Source: an uncultured virus (IMG/VR IMGVR_UViG_3300042507_001994)
Taxonomy: Duplodnaviria > Heunggongvirae > Uroviricota > Caudoviricetes
DNA: 64,000 nt
Strand: one strand, 5' to 3'
IMG/VR virus record: IMGVR_UViG_3300042507_001994
Below the pieces are notes generated by a model. It was not told where the DNA came from. It worked only from the letters and a program-made list of their open reading frames with translations, and made no database searches. Below, one piece after another: positions 9,542 to 19,086 of the stretch. Each line of letters opens with the position of its first letter. The first letter of the stretch is position 1. The translations under genes and the position numbers were made by a program.

Positions 9542-10429
9542 TCAGTACACCTTGCACGGCCTGACACCGCGCTGCTCGCAGCCCGAACCCTTGACGCTGC
9601 CGCCAGAGGCATAGGTCTTGACCTTGCCGCCCTTGCGGAATTCCACCTCCTCCTCATCCCGGGTGCGGGAGCGCGGAGATTCCTTGGCCCTCTCCTTCCG
9701 AAGGATGGGCCTCTCTGCCTTGGCTTCTGCTGCAGCCTGGGAACGTCCCGTCCGAGCTTCTTGAACTGCCTTGCGGCTTGCGGCGCCCCTGACAGCAGAG
9801 GTCGCTGCTTCCATCTCCTGTGCCGGTGTAAACCTGCGTCCAGTCTCAGAGGTGGCTGCCGTCGATCTCATGGGAGTGCCGCGCCCGATAGAGCCAGAAC
9901 TGATGTCCTGCGCCAGATCCTTTGCCAGCCCTTCCTTCAGGGTAGACATCGCCCGGCGCTCAGCCCCAGCCCTTTGGGCGGCTTCCATTGCGGGCTCGTC
10001 TAGGCGACGGAGAGCTTCAGCAGCATCCCGAGCCTTCTTGGCCCTGTAGAGACCATATCCAAGCCCACCAGCAGCCGCCGTGGCGCCTGTAGCCGCCATA
10101 ACTTTCTTGGCGGTATCGCTGAGACCAGAGCCTACGCGCTCCATACTAGATGGAGGAGAGGGTTCGGGACGGTTGGCGGGGGCGCCAGGGATCTCAGCAC
10201 GACCAGACGGAGCGGTGCTTGCTTCTTGCGGCCCTCGGGCTCGCATATCAGAGGCGCTCGACGGTGTCCGCCCGGTACGATCTGCGTTCAGAAGATCCCG
10301 CAGGGTTTTGTCCGCGCCGTACTTACGGCGGAAGTCAGCGAGTTCCTCGCGGCTAACGAGGGCTCGACCCTTATCATCTCTGCCCCGGCCTTGCACCGGG
10401 CCGGTGTACGTGGTTTTGGCGTATGACAT
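9542..10429 (-). CDS. Basic, low-complexity putative internal virion protein
   Basis: Start at MSYAKT; C-terminal FRKGG and YASGG...GC motif shared with neighbours. Confidence 0.65.
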   Translation of the reverse strand: MSYAKTTYTGPVQGRGRDDKGRALVSREELADFRRKYGADKTLRDLLNADRTGRTPSSASDMRARGPQEASTAPSGRAEIPGAPANRPEPSPPSSMERVGSGLSDTAKKVMAATGATAAAGGLGYGLYRAKKARDAAEALRRLDEPAMEAAQRAGAERRAMSTLKEGLAKDLAQDISSGSIGRGTPMRSTAATSETGRRFTPAQEMEAATSAVRGAASRKAVQEARTGRSQAAAEAKAERPILRKERAKESPRSRTRDEEEVEFRKGGKVKTYASGGSVKGSGCEQRGVRPCKVY

Positions 10430-10430
10430 C

Positions 10431-10850
10431 TCACACCATCCTTCCCTTGGTATGGCCCTTAGTAACACAGCCATCGGCGCGGGTCACCCCACCTTTGGCG
10501 TAGCCCTTGATGCTGCCGCCTTTAGCTTTCCCATCAGCAGGCAAATCAACGGGTTTCCCGTATCCGGCGCGATTGCGAGATGTGCGCCCAGCATACTTTG
10601 TGCCTTTGGGGTACTGATCAGCAACTTGCTGCTCCGCGTCCTCAGCCATTGATTCATACATGTTTTCAATGTGCCGCCTTGCAGCATCAGCCGCTTGGCC
10701 TTGCTTTTTCCCAGCCAAATGCGCTGTTGTCTGCCAAATTCTTGAACTTGGAGACGAGCTTTCTTCTACTTTGTTGCGCAGTTTCCGAGCGCGCTCTGAC
10801 TGCGTTTTTGACGTTTCATTCCATTCACCTGGGCCAGCATAAGTAGCCAT
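10431..10850 (-). CDS. Small basic protein with C-terminal YAKGG...GC...KG motif
   Basis: Last 23 aa identical to those of 10852-11124. Confidence 0.7.
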   Translation of the reverse strand: MATYAGPGEWNETSKTQSERARKLRNKVEESSSPSSRIWQTTAHLAGKKQGQAADAARRHIENMYESMAEDAEQQVADQYPKGTKYAGRTSRNRAGYGKPVDLPADGKAKGGSIKGYAKGGVTRADGCVTKGHTKGRMV

Positions 10851-10851
10851 T

Positions 10852-11124
10852 TCACACCATCCTTCCCTTGGTGTGCCCCTTGGTCACGCAGCCATCAGCG
10901 CGGGTGACGCCTCCCTTGGCATACGCCTTGGTCATGCCGCCTTTGGCCTTCTTCGTTGGCTTGGGCATCGGCTCCATCGGAGCCATTCCGGGCTTGCCGT
11001 AGTCACCGCGCTTGATCTTGCGCTCGGTGGTCAGGCCCTCTTCTTCATAGTCACGAAGCTCTTCTGCCGTGGCGCCACCACGGCCTGCAGACCGACCACC
11101 ACCGACATTGACTTGCGTTGCCAT
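10852..11124 (-). CDS. Small basic protein with C-terminal YAKGG...GC...KG motif
   Basis: GAGGAG RBS; shared 23-aa C-terminus. Confidence 0.7.
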   Translation of the reverse strand: MATQVNVGGGRSAGRGGATAEELRDYEEEGLTTERKIKRGDYGKPGMAPMEPMPKPTKKAKGGMTKAYAKGGVTRADGCVTKGHTKGRMV

Positions 11125-11133
11125 GTTTACTCC

Positions 11134-11463
11134 TCAGCAGGCTTTGCCGCCCATTGCCATCTTCACCATCTTGCCCCTGGTCTTGCCCTTGGACTCGATG
11201 CCGCCGCCCTTGGCGAACGGCTTGCCCTTGGCTTCCGCCATCTCATGCTTGATCATGGGCTTGGGAGCGCCCTTCTTTTTCATGAAGGCCACTTCCTTCT
11301 TCATCATGGCAGGAGATTCTTTCTTCATGGTCGGGCCTCCTTCGGCCTTGTGAGCTTCAAACTTCCGGCCTACGGCCTGGGGGATTCCCGTCTTCTTGGC
11401 GAAGCTGGGGCTGTGCGCGACAGCACGCATGAGGCGTGCCTGAGGTTCAGATTTGTACGGCAT
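11134..11463 (-). CDS. Small K/M-rich basic protein
   Basis: MPYKSEPQARLMRAVAH...FAKGG...MAMGG. Confidence 0.7.
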   Translation of the reverse strand: MPYKSEPQARLMRAVAHSPSFAKKTGIPQAVGRKFEAHKAEGGPTMKKESPAMMKKEVAFMKKKGAPKPMIKHEMAEAKGKPFAKGGGIESKGKTRGKMVKMAMGGKAC

Positions 11464-11698
11464 GAGGCTTGCTCCTCAGCGTGTCAATCTTGGCTTCAAT
11501 CCGGTCAAAGCGTTCGATCAACTCCTTCATGTCCTGCCGAAACTCTGCGCGAGTGATGTGGTCCCGGGCGACTTCCTCACGGGTCCGGTTCAGCAGGATG
11601 CTGAGCCTATCAAGCTCTCTGAACTTGGATGCCATGAAGAAACCCACAACACCAATCAACACCGTCAGGATGGCGTTCCAAATGACCGTTGCTTCCAT
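11447..11698 (-). CDS. Small membrane-anchored coiled-coil protein
   Basis: N-terminal hydrophobic helix followed by a coiled coil. Confidence 0.65.
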   Translation of the reverse strand: MEATVIWNAILTVLIGVVGFFMASKFRELDRLSILLNRTREEVARDHITRAEFRQDMKELIERFDRIEAKIDTLRSKPHAVQI

Positions 11699-11699
11699 G

Positions 11700-11954
11700 T
11701 CAGCAATTCCATGCCCTCAGGGATTTGTTGATGCGGGAGTTGGGGTCGTTGGCCGTCTTGGATGAAGTGAGCTTCTTCTTCATGCCTTTCATCCTGGCGC
11801 AGAATGAGTCCCTTCGGGGACCGCCTTCCGGTTGCGGAGCTTTGAGCCCAGGCTTGCCGGGATTGGCAGCGTTGTAAGACGCCCGCCCCTTGGCATTGAG
11901 CCCCCCTTTGGGGTTCTTGCCTTCAGAACGCTGCCAAGCGGGGGTCTTAGCCAT
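11700..11954 (-). CDS. Small basic conserved phage protein
   Basis: AWQRSEGKNPKGGLN...SFCARMKG...SRINKSLRAWNC. Confidence 0.7.
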   Translation of the reverse strand: MAKTPAWQRSEGKNPKGGLNAKGRASYNAANPGKPGLKAPQPEGGPRRDSFCARMKGMKKKLTSSKTANDPNSRINKSLRAWNC

Positions 11955-12225
11955 AGAACACCGTCGCAGTGGTGTCCGTCCCGGAGACGGTCACATGGAG
12001 ATCGGTGTAGCACAAGACCCCTTCACCGGGGATCAGAAACGAGAAGGGAGTGCCATTGGCAACCGTGGCCGTTGAGTACAGCGTAGTGCCTGTAGCTCCC
12101 CCGTCTCGCACAACCACCGTACCCGCCGTGGACCCTGGCGTGATCACCAGACCCTTGAAACGAGTCCGGGCCGCAAAGACAGTTGCTGTGCTACTGACGT
12201 AGCCAGCCTTTACGTCAGTTTGCAT
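11947..12225 (-). CDS. Putative capsid-associated beta protein
   Basis: 92 aa, T/V/G-rich, downstream of the capsid gene. Confidence 0.6.
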   Translation of the reverse strand: MQTDVKAGYVSSTATVFAARTRFKGLVITPGSTAGTVVVRDGGATGTTLYSTATVANGTPFSFLIPGEGVLCYTDLHVTVSGTDTTATVFYG

Positions 12226-12237
12226 GACAGCCTCCTA

Positions 12238-12597
12238 TTAGGCTGCAAGCAGACCGAGGTCTTTCAGCGCCTTGACAATGTCGCCAACGGTGTAAGCAGC
12301 CGTGCCGGTGTTGCCGGTGTAGGTGCTGTCTGCACGCGCAGCCGTGCCCGAGCCTGCGGTAAACCCGGTCGTCGTGCCGGTCGTTGCAGGCTGAACCACC
12401 GCCGTTGCGCCGTAGAAACCGACCGTGTCGGTAGCGGCATTTCCAATGGACGCAGTGGCGGTCACGGCCAGCGAATCCACAGTGGTATCGGGCCCAAGAG
12501 TGGAGGTGACCGCAACCGCACCAGTGGTGCTGTTCTTTGTGATGGTTTGGAAGCCGTTCTCCGAACGAACCGGCCCGTTAAAAGTCGTGGAAGCCAT
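12238..12597 (-). CDS. Putative head fibre/decoration protein
   Basis: MASTTFNGPVRSENGF...GFYGATAVVQP...IVKALKDLGLLA. Confidence 0.6.
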   Translation of the reverse strand: MASTTFNGPVRSENGFQTITKNSTTGAVAVTSTLGPDTTVDSLAVTATASIGNAATDTVGFYGATAVVQPATTGTTTGFTAGSGTAARADSTYTGNTGTAAYTVGDIVKALKDLGLLAA

Positions 12598-12599
12598 GG

Positions 12600-12680
12600 A
12601 GGTTTTCCTCAGTTTGCGCCCGCCGTCGTTGAGGTGACGTCTGCCGAGTCAGTCGGCGGGCTGGGGTAGGTCTCGGTTTA
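12600..12680 (-). ncRNA. Candidate structured cis-regulatory leader RNA
   Basis: 8-bp stem (12618-12625 with 12654-12661) plus two 5-bp pseudoknot-type pairings, one of which covers the RBS. Confidence 0.45.
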
Positions 12681-12705
12681 GGCGCAGCCTAACATACTCT
12701 CGGAT

Positions 12706-12732
12706 AAAAGAAAAGGCCCCCGAAGGGGCCTT
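12706..12732 (-). terminator. Rho-independent terminator after major capsid gene
   Basis: Minus strand: AAGGCCCC-TTCG-GGGGCCTT followed by TTCTTTT. Confidence 0.85.
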
Positions 12733-12754
12733 AAAGGTCAAACTCCGTGAGGTA

Positions 12755-13663
12755 TCAGGCCCCAGGCGAACCGAACGCCCCAAGGGGGTCGCTCACTCCA
12801 AACGAGTACCTCTCACGCGCCTTGTACCGGCTGTTGCCCGTGTCGAAGTCAGCATCCATGGACGTTGCCAGGGGCACGCGCACGAAGTGCTTCAGACCGT
12901 TGGGCACATCGGTGGTCAGGAACCACGCGTTGGTATCGGTCAACCAGTGGTTGATCGTGTAGCCCTCGGGGATCGAGCCATTGTTCTTCAGGGCGTTGAT
13001 GTCGTTGTCGGCGGTGCCAACACGGAGGTTGGTTTCCAACAGACGCGTTGCAACGAACTGAAGCGCCGGGGGCACGATCAGCTTGCGGGGCTTGGCGGCG
13101 ATCAGGAGGCCGCGCTCATCGGTCCAGCCAGCGATCTGGATGACCGCAGCTTCCAGCGAGGTCTCGTTCAGGTCAGCGCCGACCGTGGGACGGTTGCTGT
13201 TGGAACCACCAGACACCAGCGGGTGAGCGGTGCTGAACAGCGATTGGCCGTCCCCGTAGGTCACGGAGGCGTTGAAACCGTTGTTCAGGATGGCGGCAGC
13301 CTTGACCTGCTTCGTATACGCCATGGCCCGGGCAAGGGCCTTGGTGTACCGCGCCGAGAGACTGTCGTACAGGTTGTCTTCCATCGCCTCTTCGGTGATG
13401 GAGAAACCCATAGCGATGGTCTCGTGGTTGTAACGAGCGGTCCAGGCTTCCTGCGCATTGTCATACGCGATGGCTTGGCCTTCGTTCTTCACCGGGGCGG
13501 CGCTGAAGCCGGAGAGCTTGGTCTCCTCTTCAAACGAACGCTCGGAGGTCTCCGTCTCGTAGATCTCCTTGTGCTCTTCGCCGTAACGCTTGTACTCCAG
13601 GCCGAACAGGGCGTTCAGTCCAGGGAGCAGTTCCTTGAGTAGTTGGGCACGAGAAATTGCCAT
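12755..13663 (-). CDS. Major capsid protein
   Basis: 302 aa, MAISRAQLLKELLPGLNALFG...KARERYSFG; AAGGAG RBS; downstream of scaffold, followed by a terminator. Confidence 0.9.
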   Translation of the reverse strand: MAISRAQLLKELLPGLNALFGLEYKRYGEEHKEIYETETSERSFEEETKLSGFSAAPVKNEGQAIAYDNAQEAWTARYNHETIAMGFSITEEAMEDNLYDSLSARYTKALARAMAYTKQVKAAAILNNGFNASVTYGDGQSLFSTAHPLVSGGSNSNRPTVGADLNETSLEAAVIQIAGWTDERGLLIAAKPRKLIVPPALQFVATRLLETNLRVGTADNDINALKNNGSIPEGYTINHWLTDTNAWFLTTDVPNGLKHFVRVPLATSMDADFDTGNSRYKARERYSFGVSDPLGAFGSPGA

Positions 13664-13675
13664 GATGTGTGCTCC

Positions 13676-14602
13676 TTAGACGCCAGCAGCCAGCAGGTAG
13701 CTGTGGTAGCCGAAGTTCCAGCCAACGATCACTTCCGGGTAGCCCACGAAAGAGACACCGCCTCCACTAGTGGCGGTAACGTTGGCGCTGACCGTGATGG
13801 TCTTGGTGCTGGTGACAACACCCGTGACCGTCAGGTTGCTGCCCGGCGAGCCTGCGGTCGTGCTGGAGATACCAGCAATAACGCACTGCATACCGGGTTG
13901 GATGCCCGTAACGGAATCGACCGTGAAAGTCGTGCCGCCCGCAGGCGACGAGGTCAAAACCGTTGCAACGGTGACCGCCGTATCCGGGACCATCTGGATC
14001 ACGCGCAGGCACGGCGAAGTGCCAGCCCCGGTGCCGACCGTTTGACGGATGTTGCCCGCCACGGAAGACGCGACCGTCGGGTTTGCGCCCGAGATCGCCA
14101 TGGCCGAGTTGCCCGTCGTGATGCTGCCCGCATTTCCTGCAACCAGGAACGCATTGGAACCAAGGAACGACGGCGACATGTAGCCGATGGTCGTGCCCGT
14201 GTTCAGTTGCGTGTTGGCCGAGCCTTGGGGCTGGGTGACCACCGCCGCCTTGAAGAGGGCGTTGGGGTCGTCCAGCACATAGGCCACCGCGTCAGGAGCG
14301 TTGGTCCCTGCGGGCCATTGCTCATTGCGCAGCTTGCCGAACACCGGCCCGCCCGTGGGGGTGTACTCGCAGCCGAGGAAGACACCGAGGATGTCCCCAG
14401 CGGCAGCGGCGGATTGCGTGTCCGCGTTGTACGGGGTGATGATGGTGTTGCCGTTGGAAAGACCCACAACGTCGCCCGTGAAGAGGCCCGTGTTGTAGCC
14501 CTGACCAATCGGAATCATCCGGGTAGACCCAGCGAAGGGGATGCCCCCGCGCAGGTTCACCGGCTTTAGGCCGTAAGGCCCGTCGATGATGGGATAAGCC
14601 AT
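13676..14602 (-). CDS. Capsid decoration/cement-like protein
   Basis: 308 aa, PYGLKPV...GVFLGCEY...YVLDDPNALFK; immediately upstream of the MCP. Confidence 0.6.
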   Translation of the reverse strand: MAYPIIDGPYGLKPVNLRGGIPFAGSTRMIPIGQGYNTGLFTGDVVGLSNGNTIITPYNADTQSAAAAGDILGVFLGCEYTPTGGPVFGKLRNEQWPAGTNAPDAVAYVLDDPNALFKAAVVTQPQGSANTQLNTGTTIGYMSPSFLGSNAFLVAGNAGSITTGNSAMAISGANPTVASSVAGNIRQTVGTGAGTSPCLRVIQMVPDTAVTVATVLTSSPAGGTTFTVDSVTGIQPGMQCVIAGISSTTAGSPGSNLTVTGVVTSTKTITVSANVTATSGGGVSFVGYPEVIVGWNFGYHSYLLAAGV

Positions 14603-14616
14603 TTAAGACTCCTTGA

Positions 14617-15066
14617 TTACTGACCGCGTCCGAACGAGACCTCAGACCGCCGGTTCTTGAAGAGCGGCATACGAGGATCGTTCTCGCGCATGAAGGTGTT
14701 GTCCACGGACTCCATCTGACCAGACGCCTGACCCTGGTAGAAGGCATTCCGTTGATCAACAAGTTCTTTTGGGGTTCGGCAAAGCACCAGACCGCCGATC
14801 TCCAGCGCATCAGGAATCCGGGATTTCGGATCGCATAGATGTTGGAGTTCGGGATGATCTGCCACCTTGACAGGCTCCCAGCCTTCGCGGAACTTGGAGG
14901 TGATATTCCTTGGGTCGGCGGTGCCCAAGGTGCTGACGCGAACCCACCGATAGACATATCCAGGATCCGGGATCGGATCCGGGAGAAGTTCAGCGGGCTT
15001 CCAGGTCATGGGTCGCTCCGCCTTGGCGCGAGATTCCGCTTCGCGGGGGGTACGTTGGTCAGCCAT
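14617..15066 (-). CDS. Conserved head-module protein
   Basis: 149 aa, YRWVR...REGWEPV...GGLVLC. Confidence 0.7.
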   Translation of the reverse strand: MADQRTPREAESRAKAERPMTWKPAELLPDPIPDPGYVYRWVRVSTLGTADPRNITSKFREGWEPVKVADHPELQHLCDPKSRIPDALEIGGLVLCRTPKELVDQRNAFYQGQASGQMESVDNTFMRENDPRMPLFKNRRSEVSFGRGQ

Positions 15067-15994
15067 TGTCTTTCCTCATCTGTTCAGCTACTGCACGCGC
15101 GTACTGCTCAGGGGTGAGCCCGAGGCGCTTTGCAAGGGTTACCTGGGTTTGCGTCAGCACGATCTTCTTGGGCGCGGTGCTGCGCGTTGCCGGGGCAACT
15201 ACAGATGACTTCTTCTTCTCCTGGGTAAACGCTCCAGGGAAAGTAGATTTCATCTCAGAGTCGATACGATTGAAGTACTCGTCGCTTCCGGCGGGCACCC
15301 CTTCTCGCTCAAGTTCTCTGTGAATCTCCATCGCCACAGCCGACATTCGGAGATTTGACCCAAACCACGGATTGGCTTCTTGCCACGCTCGGGTTTTTGG
15401 GTCAACTTGTGGCGTTGGCGGCGTTTGTACAACATTTTCCGGCGTTTGTACAGGGGTGGGTTTCGGCGGGCGGAATGCCGCCAGCTTTTCCGCCTTCAGC
15501 TTGACCGAGAAAAGCTCTTCCTGGGCAGCAAGAACTGCCTTGGCATCGCCTTCTTCATAAGCCTTTTCATACTTCTTCCGGGCCGCGTCCAATTCGCCTT
15601 CGACAGCTTTTTTGGCTTGTTCGATGGCGACTTGCTGGCTTTGTCCTGCCGATTTCTGGAGCTTTTGGTTCTCTTCCAGAAGCCTTTGGGTGAGACGTAG
15701 TGCCTCTTCCCGCTCTCGCAGCGCCGCTTCTTTCGCCCTACGCTCCTCGTGGTAGCCCTTCGAGAAGTGTTGGATGCGCTGCTTGACCCCTTCGGAGTAT
15801 TTCGCCAACTCGTCGTCGGTGACATCCGCAGGCGGCTCCTTCATTGGAGCGCGGCCCTTGTCTGCCTCTGGGGTGTCGTCCACCACCTCGATCTCTGCGT
15901 CACCTTCGATCTCAAAATCGACCTTCTTGTCGTCGGCCTTGGTGTCCACCTGAACTTCGTCGGGGAACTTGAACTCTTCTTTGTCCAGTGCCAT
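15059..15994 (-). CDS. Putative capsid scaffolding protein
   Basis: Acidic N-terminus, long coiled coil, W..NPWFG and AKRLGLTPEQYA C-terminus. Confidence 0.7.
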   Translation of the reverse strand: MALDKEEFKFPDEVQVDTKADDKKVDFEIEGDAEIEVVDDTPEADKGRAPMKEPPADVTDDELAKYSEGVKQRIQHFSKGYHEERRAKEAALREREEALRLTQRLLEENQKLQKSAGQSQQVAIEQAKKAVEGELDAARKKYEKAYEEGDAKAVLAAQEELFSVKLKAEKLAAFRPPKPTPVQTPENVVQTPPTPQVDPKTRAWQEANPWFGSNLRMSAVAMEIHRELEREGVPAGSDEYFNRIDSEMKSTFPGAFTQEKKKSSVVAPATRSTAPKKIVLTQTQVTLAKRLGLTPEQYARAVAEQMRKDNG

Positions 15995-15996
15995 GG

Positions 15997-16395
15997 TTAT
16001 GCCCTCTGAATGCCACGCGGGTCTTGAACGACGGCTTCTACGCTGTCGTCATTGATGATTCGGAACTCTTGTCCGTGGATCTTGATCCGAGTGCCACTGT
16101 TTGGGCGGACAAGAATGAAGTCACCCACCTTGCAGGAGGGGCCGGAGGGGAACCGAATGGGGTCTTTGTAGCAGTCCGGGCCCATCTTCATGACGAACAG
16201 CACCGGGGAGAGAACCTCCTCGAAGTGCATCGTCTGACCGGCCTTCAGGAGCCCACTTTCATAGGACTCTTCGGACTTTGGCAGGACGCAGAGGATGTGA
16301 TACGTCCTTGGATCGGGCACCTGACGGGCCTTTTCCTCTGGAGTTTGGGGTAGAACGGTTTCGCACTGCCCATCGGACAGGAGTAGCTCACTCAT
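15997..16395 (-). CDS. groES: GroES/Cpn10-like co-chaperonin
   Basis: KMGPDCY...CKVGDFIL...GQEFRIINDDSVEAVV. Confidence 0.8.
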   Translation of the reverse strand: MSELLLSDGQCETVLPQTPEEKARQVPDPRTYHILCVLPKSEESYESGLLKAGQTMHFEEVLSPVLFVMKMGPDCYKDPIRFPSGPSCKVGDFILVRPNSGTRIKIHGQEFRIINDDSVEAVVQDPRGIQRA

Positions 16396-16585
16396 CTTCA
16401 GATCTTTCAAGTCGGTCTACGAGGTCGGTGATGTAAACATGAGCCTGCGATAGACCTCGGATCTCGCCGGTCATGGACTTGTACTCAGAAAAGTCCCGTG
16501 CGCCGCCGGAGATGAGGGCTTGGGCGATTTGCTCGCGCCTGTCTTCAATCTCTTTTAGCACCACGGAGAACGCAGTGGTTGCCAT
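16388..16585 (-). CDS. Small helical hypothetical protein
   Basis: 65-aa ORF with AAAGGAG RBS, between portal and GroES. Confidence 0.65.
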   Translation of the reverse strand: MATTAFSVVLKEIEDRREQIAQALISGGARDFSEYKSMTGEIRGLSQAHVYITDLVDRLERSEDE

Positions 16586-16654
16586 AAAGCTCCTTTCGGA
16601 GGTTTCAAGATGTCCGAAATGCCGTTTTTGGACGTTTTGGACTGATTTCAGTCA

Positions 16655-19066
16655 TTACTGGGTGGGTTTTGACTGTTGTTTCTGCTGAGAAGGGCGAACC
16701 ATGGTCTTGACAAGGTCCGTCCGCAGCTTTTTGTCCGTCTGGGCAGCTTGTGACTGCAGTCTGGACTGTTCCTTGAGCATTTCAGCCTTGATTCGCTCTT
16801 GCTCAAGGGCGATTTTCTGTTGGGCAATCTGGAAATCCCGTTGACTATCAGCCTCCTTTCGCTGAAGTTCTTGTGCCCGAAGCTGAAGTTCAGCTTGTTG
16901 AAGCTGCAACTCAGGGTTTTGTGCCTGCTGTTGAGCCTGCTGCTGGGCAAACATGGCTTGGTTTTGCACCATCGTCCTCTGGGCTGCCGCCGCGATAAGA
17001 GGAGCAAGTGCCTTTTCATCCTCCGGGGCGATGGGAGCGTTGTCTTCCTCGTCCAATTCTGGAAGAGGCACGCCCAACTGCATCTCAACCTGCGCCCGGT
17101 AGGCAAACGCCGCATGTTCTGCCATGTGAGCCATCAGCGCAGCCATCATTTGCTGAGACATGGGGTTCTGCCCCAGGACCGCAGCAATGTTCGGGTCTTG
17201 CATGAATGCCTGATGGGTAGCCATGTGGGCCTGATGATCCTGGTATGCAAACGCCTTGACGGGCTGCATACGAAGGACAGCCATGTTCTCCGACACCGGA
17301 TCCCTTGGCTTTTGATCATCGGAGGTCGGAACCAGCTTTTCTGCATCCTTGATCCCCAAAACCTCCAGCATCTGCCTGTGGAGCTTGGGAAGGTCATAGA
17401 TCTGAGGGGCGCCTTGGGCCAGTTGGAGGGCCGCTTGGTACTGCATGATCCGCTGGGCCATCGTGGCCGCATTGGGATCACTGACCGGGATCACCTCCAC
17501 CATGTCGTAGTCGGACTGTTTCAACGACCTATTCCCACCCTCTGGGACATAGGAATACGCCGGCGACATGAAGTCCCTGATGATCTTCTTCAGGAGCTTG
17601 AACTCCATCCGAAGACTTGCGTGGACCCGGGCCTGGACGGCACTCATGGTCTTGAGTTGCCGCTCCAGGATAGCCAGGGTGGTCCCCACAGGAGCCTGGG
17701 CCGACATGTCGCTGACCTTCAGATCAGCGATGGCCGCGAGTCTTCGTCCGTCTTCCGTGATTCGATCCAAGAGAGCCGCCAGAACTTGGCTGGGCTCCTT
17801 GTACGGAAGGGGCATGATGTTCTCTTTGACCGTACCAGAAGGAACATCAACATCCCGGAACTCTCCAGGAGCAATCGGGGTGTCGTCTCCCTTGATTCTC
17901 AAGCCCCGAGCCTTCAGGCCCCCAGGGAGGTTGCTCAAGGTTCCCGCATCCACCAGTTGCCTGATAAGGGAAGTGCCTGCTCGTGCGTATCCACCGATCA
18001 GATGGATGTAGCCCAAACCATACGCACCAAACCCAGGGATGTAGGTGTACTGGACGAAGTGCTGACGCTTCTGCTGTTTCTCGTCATCCTCTTCCCAGTT
18101 CCGCCGGATGGACAGAACGGTGTTGTTCCCCTTCTCAATGGTCACCACATATGGGAGGGCAACGTCCTCTTCATACCCCGGGAGATCCAGGTCGGCATGG
18201 ATCTCAAAGATCCGATACCGATCATCATCTTGAAGACTGAAGCCCTGCTCCTCTGCCTTCTTCTTCTCAATGTCCGTGAAGAACTGCGTGGGCTCTCCCA
18301 GCTCCACATCCCGGTAGAACCCGCTGACTTGTAGCTTACGGATCTCGTTCTTCGTCTTGCGCATCACATGAGTGACGCGCTCTGCCGTGTAAACGTTGGA
18401 TGCGCCGTAGGGAATGATGAGATCTTCTGCCGGGACAAAGGGGGCGGCGGGGAGTGCCGTGTTGTCATCTGGGTAGATCTTCTTGAATGCCGCTCCTGAG
18501 AGGCCCAGGGAATACAGCATCCGCTCATGCTCTGACCTGTAGTCCACCATCTTCTCGGTCAAGGTGACGTTCATATCCTCCCGGACACGATCAGCCACCT
18601 CTTCCTTGACTCTGGTGATCTCCCCAATGATCTGGGTCTTGACCGGCCCTTGAGCGGGGAACGTTTCAACGATCATCTCTGACTGGAACCTGACAGCGGC
18701 TTCCGTCAAGAGGGGAGAGAAGACACCACAGGCCCCAGACCACGGCTCCGTCCTCTCTTCATACTTCATCCCCAAGACCTCCAGACCCTTGATGTACATC
18801 TCGGTCCAGTCTTTGCGGGAGTTGATGTCTGCGTCTACAAGCTCCACAAGCTCAGAGGCAAGAGAACTCAGTGCCCCCTCATCCATGAACTCTGCGAGGT
18901 TCGCCCCGAACTCTTCTGCTGTCTCTTCTTCTGGCTCAAGGACAACCTCCAGACCATCCATGCCGACGGTCACCTTGTCCGGGTTCTCAATCTCAATCTC
19001 CATGACGGACTCAGAAACCACCGGGATATCAGCAGGCACCATCGCCCGGTCAATGTTTGTTGCCAT
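16655..19066 (-). CDS. Portal protein
   Basis: ~800 aa directly after TerL, Q-rich coiled-coil C-terminus like P22-type portals; start placed at MATNID. Confidence 0.85.
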   Translation of the reverse strand: MATNIDRAMVPADIPVVSESVMEIEIENPDKVTVGMDGLEVVLEPEEETAEEFGANLAEFMDEGALSSLASELVELVDADINSRKDWTEMYIKGLEVLGMKYEERTEPWSGACGVFSPLLTEAAVRFQSEMIVETFPAQGPVKTQIIGEITRVKEEVADRVREDMNVTLTEKMVDYRSEHERMLYSLGLSGAAFKKIYPDDNTALPAAPFVPAEDLIIPYGASNVYTAERVTHVMRKTKNEIRKLQVSGFYRDVELGEPTQFFTDIEKKKAEEQGFSLQDDDRYRIFEIHADLDLPGYEEDVALPYVVTIEKGNNTVLSIRRNWEEDDEKQQKRQHFVQYTYIPGFGAYGLGYIHLIGGYARAGTSLIRQLVDAGTLSNLPGGLKARGLRIKGDDTPIAPGEFRDVDVPSGTVKENIMPLPYKEPSQVLAALLDRITEDGRRLAAIADLKVSDMSAQAPVGTTLAILERQLKTMSAVQARVHASLRMEFKLLKKIIRDFMSPAYSYVPEGGNRSLKQSDYDMVEVIPVSDPNAATMAQRIMQYQAALQLAQGAPQIYDLPKLHRQMLEVLGIKDAEKLVPTSDDQKPRDPVSENMAVLRMQPVKAFAYQDHQAHMATHQAFMQDPNIAAVLGQNPMSQQMMAALMAHMAEHAAFAYRAQVEMQLGVPLPELDEEDNAPIAPEDEKALAPLIAAAAQRTMVQNQAMFAQQQAQQQAQNPELQLQQAELQLRAQELQRKEADSQRDFQIAQQKIALEQERIKAEMLKEQSRLQSQAAQTDKKLRTDLVKTMVRPSQQKQQSKPTQ

Positions 19067-19086
19067 GTCTTGTCCTTGTAAACGCA

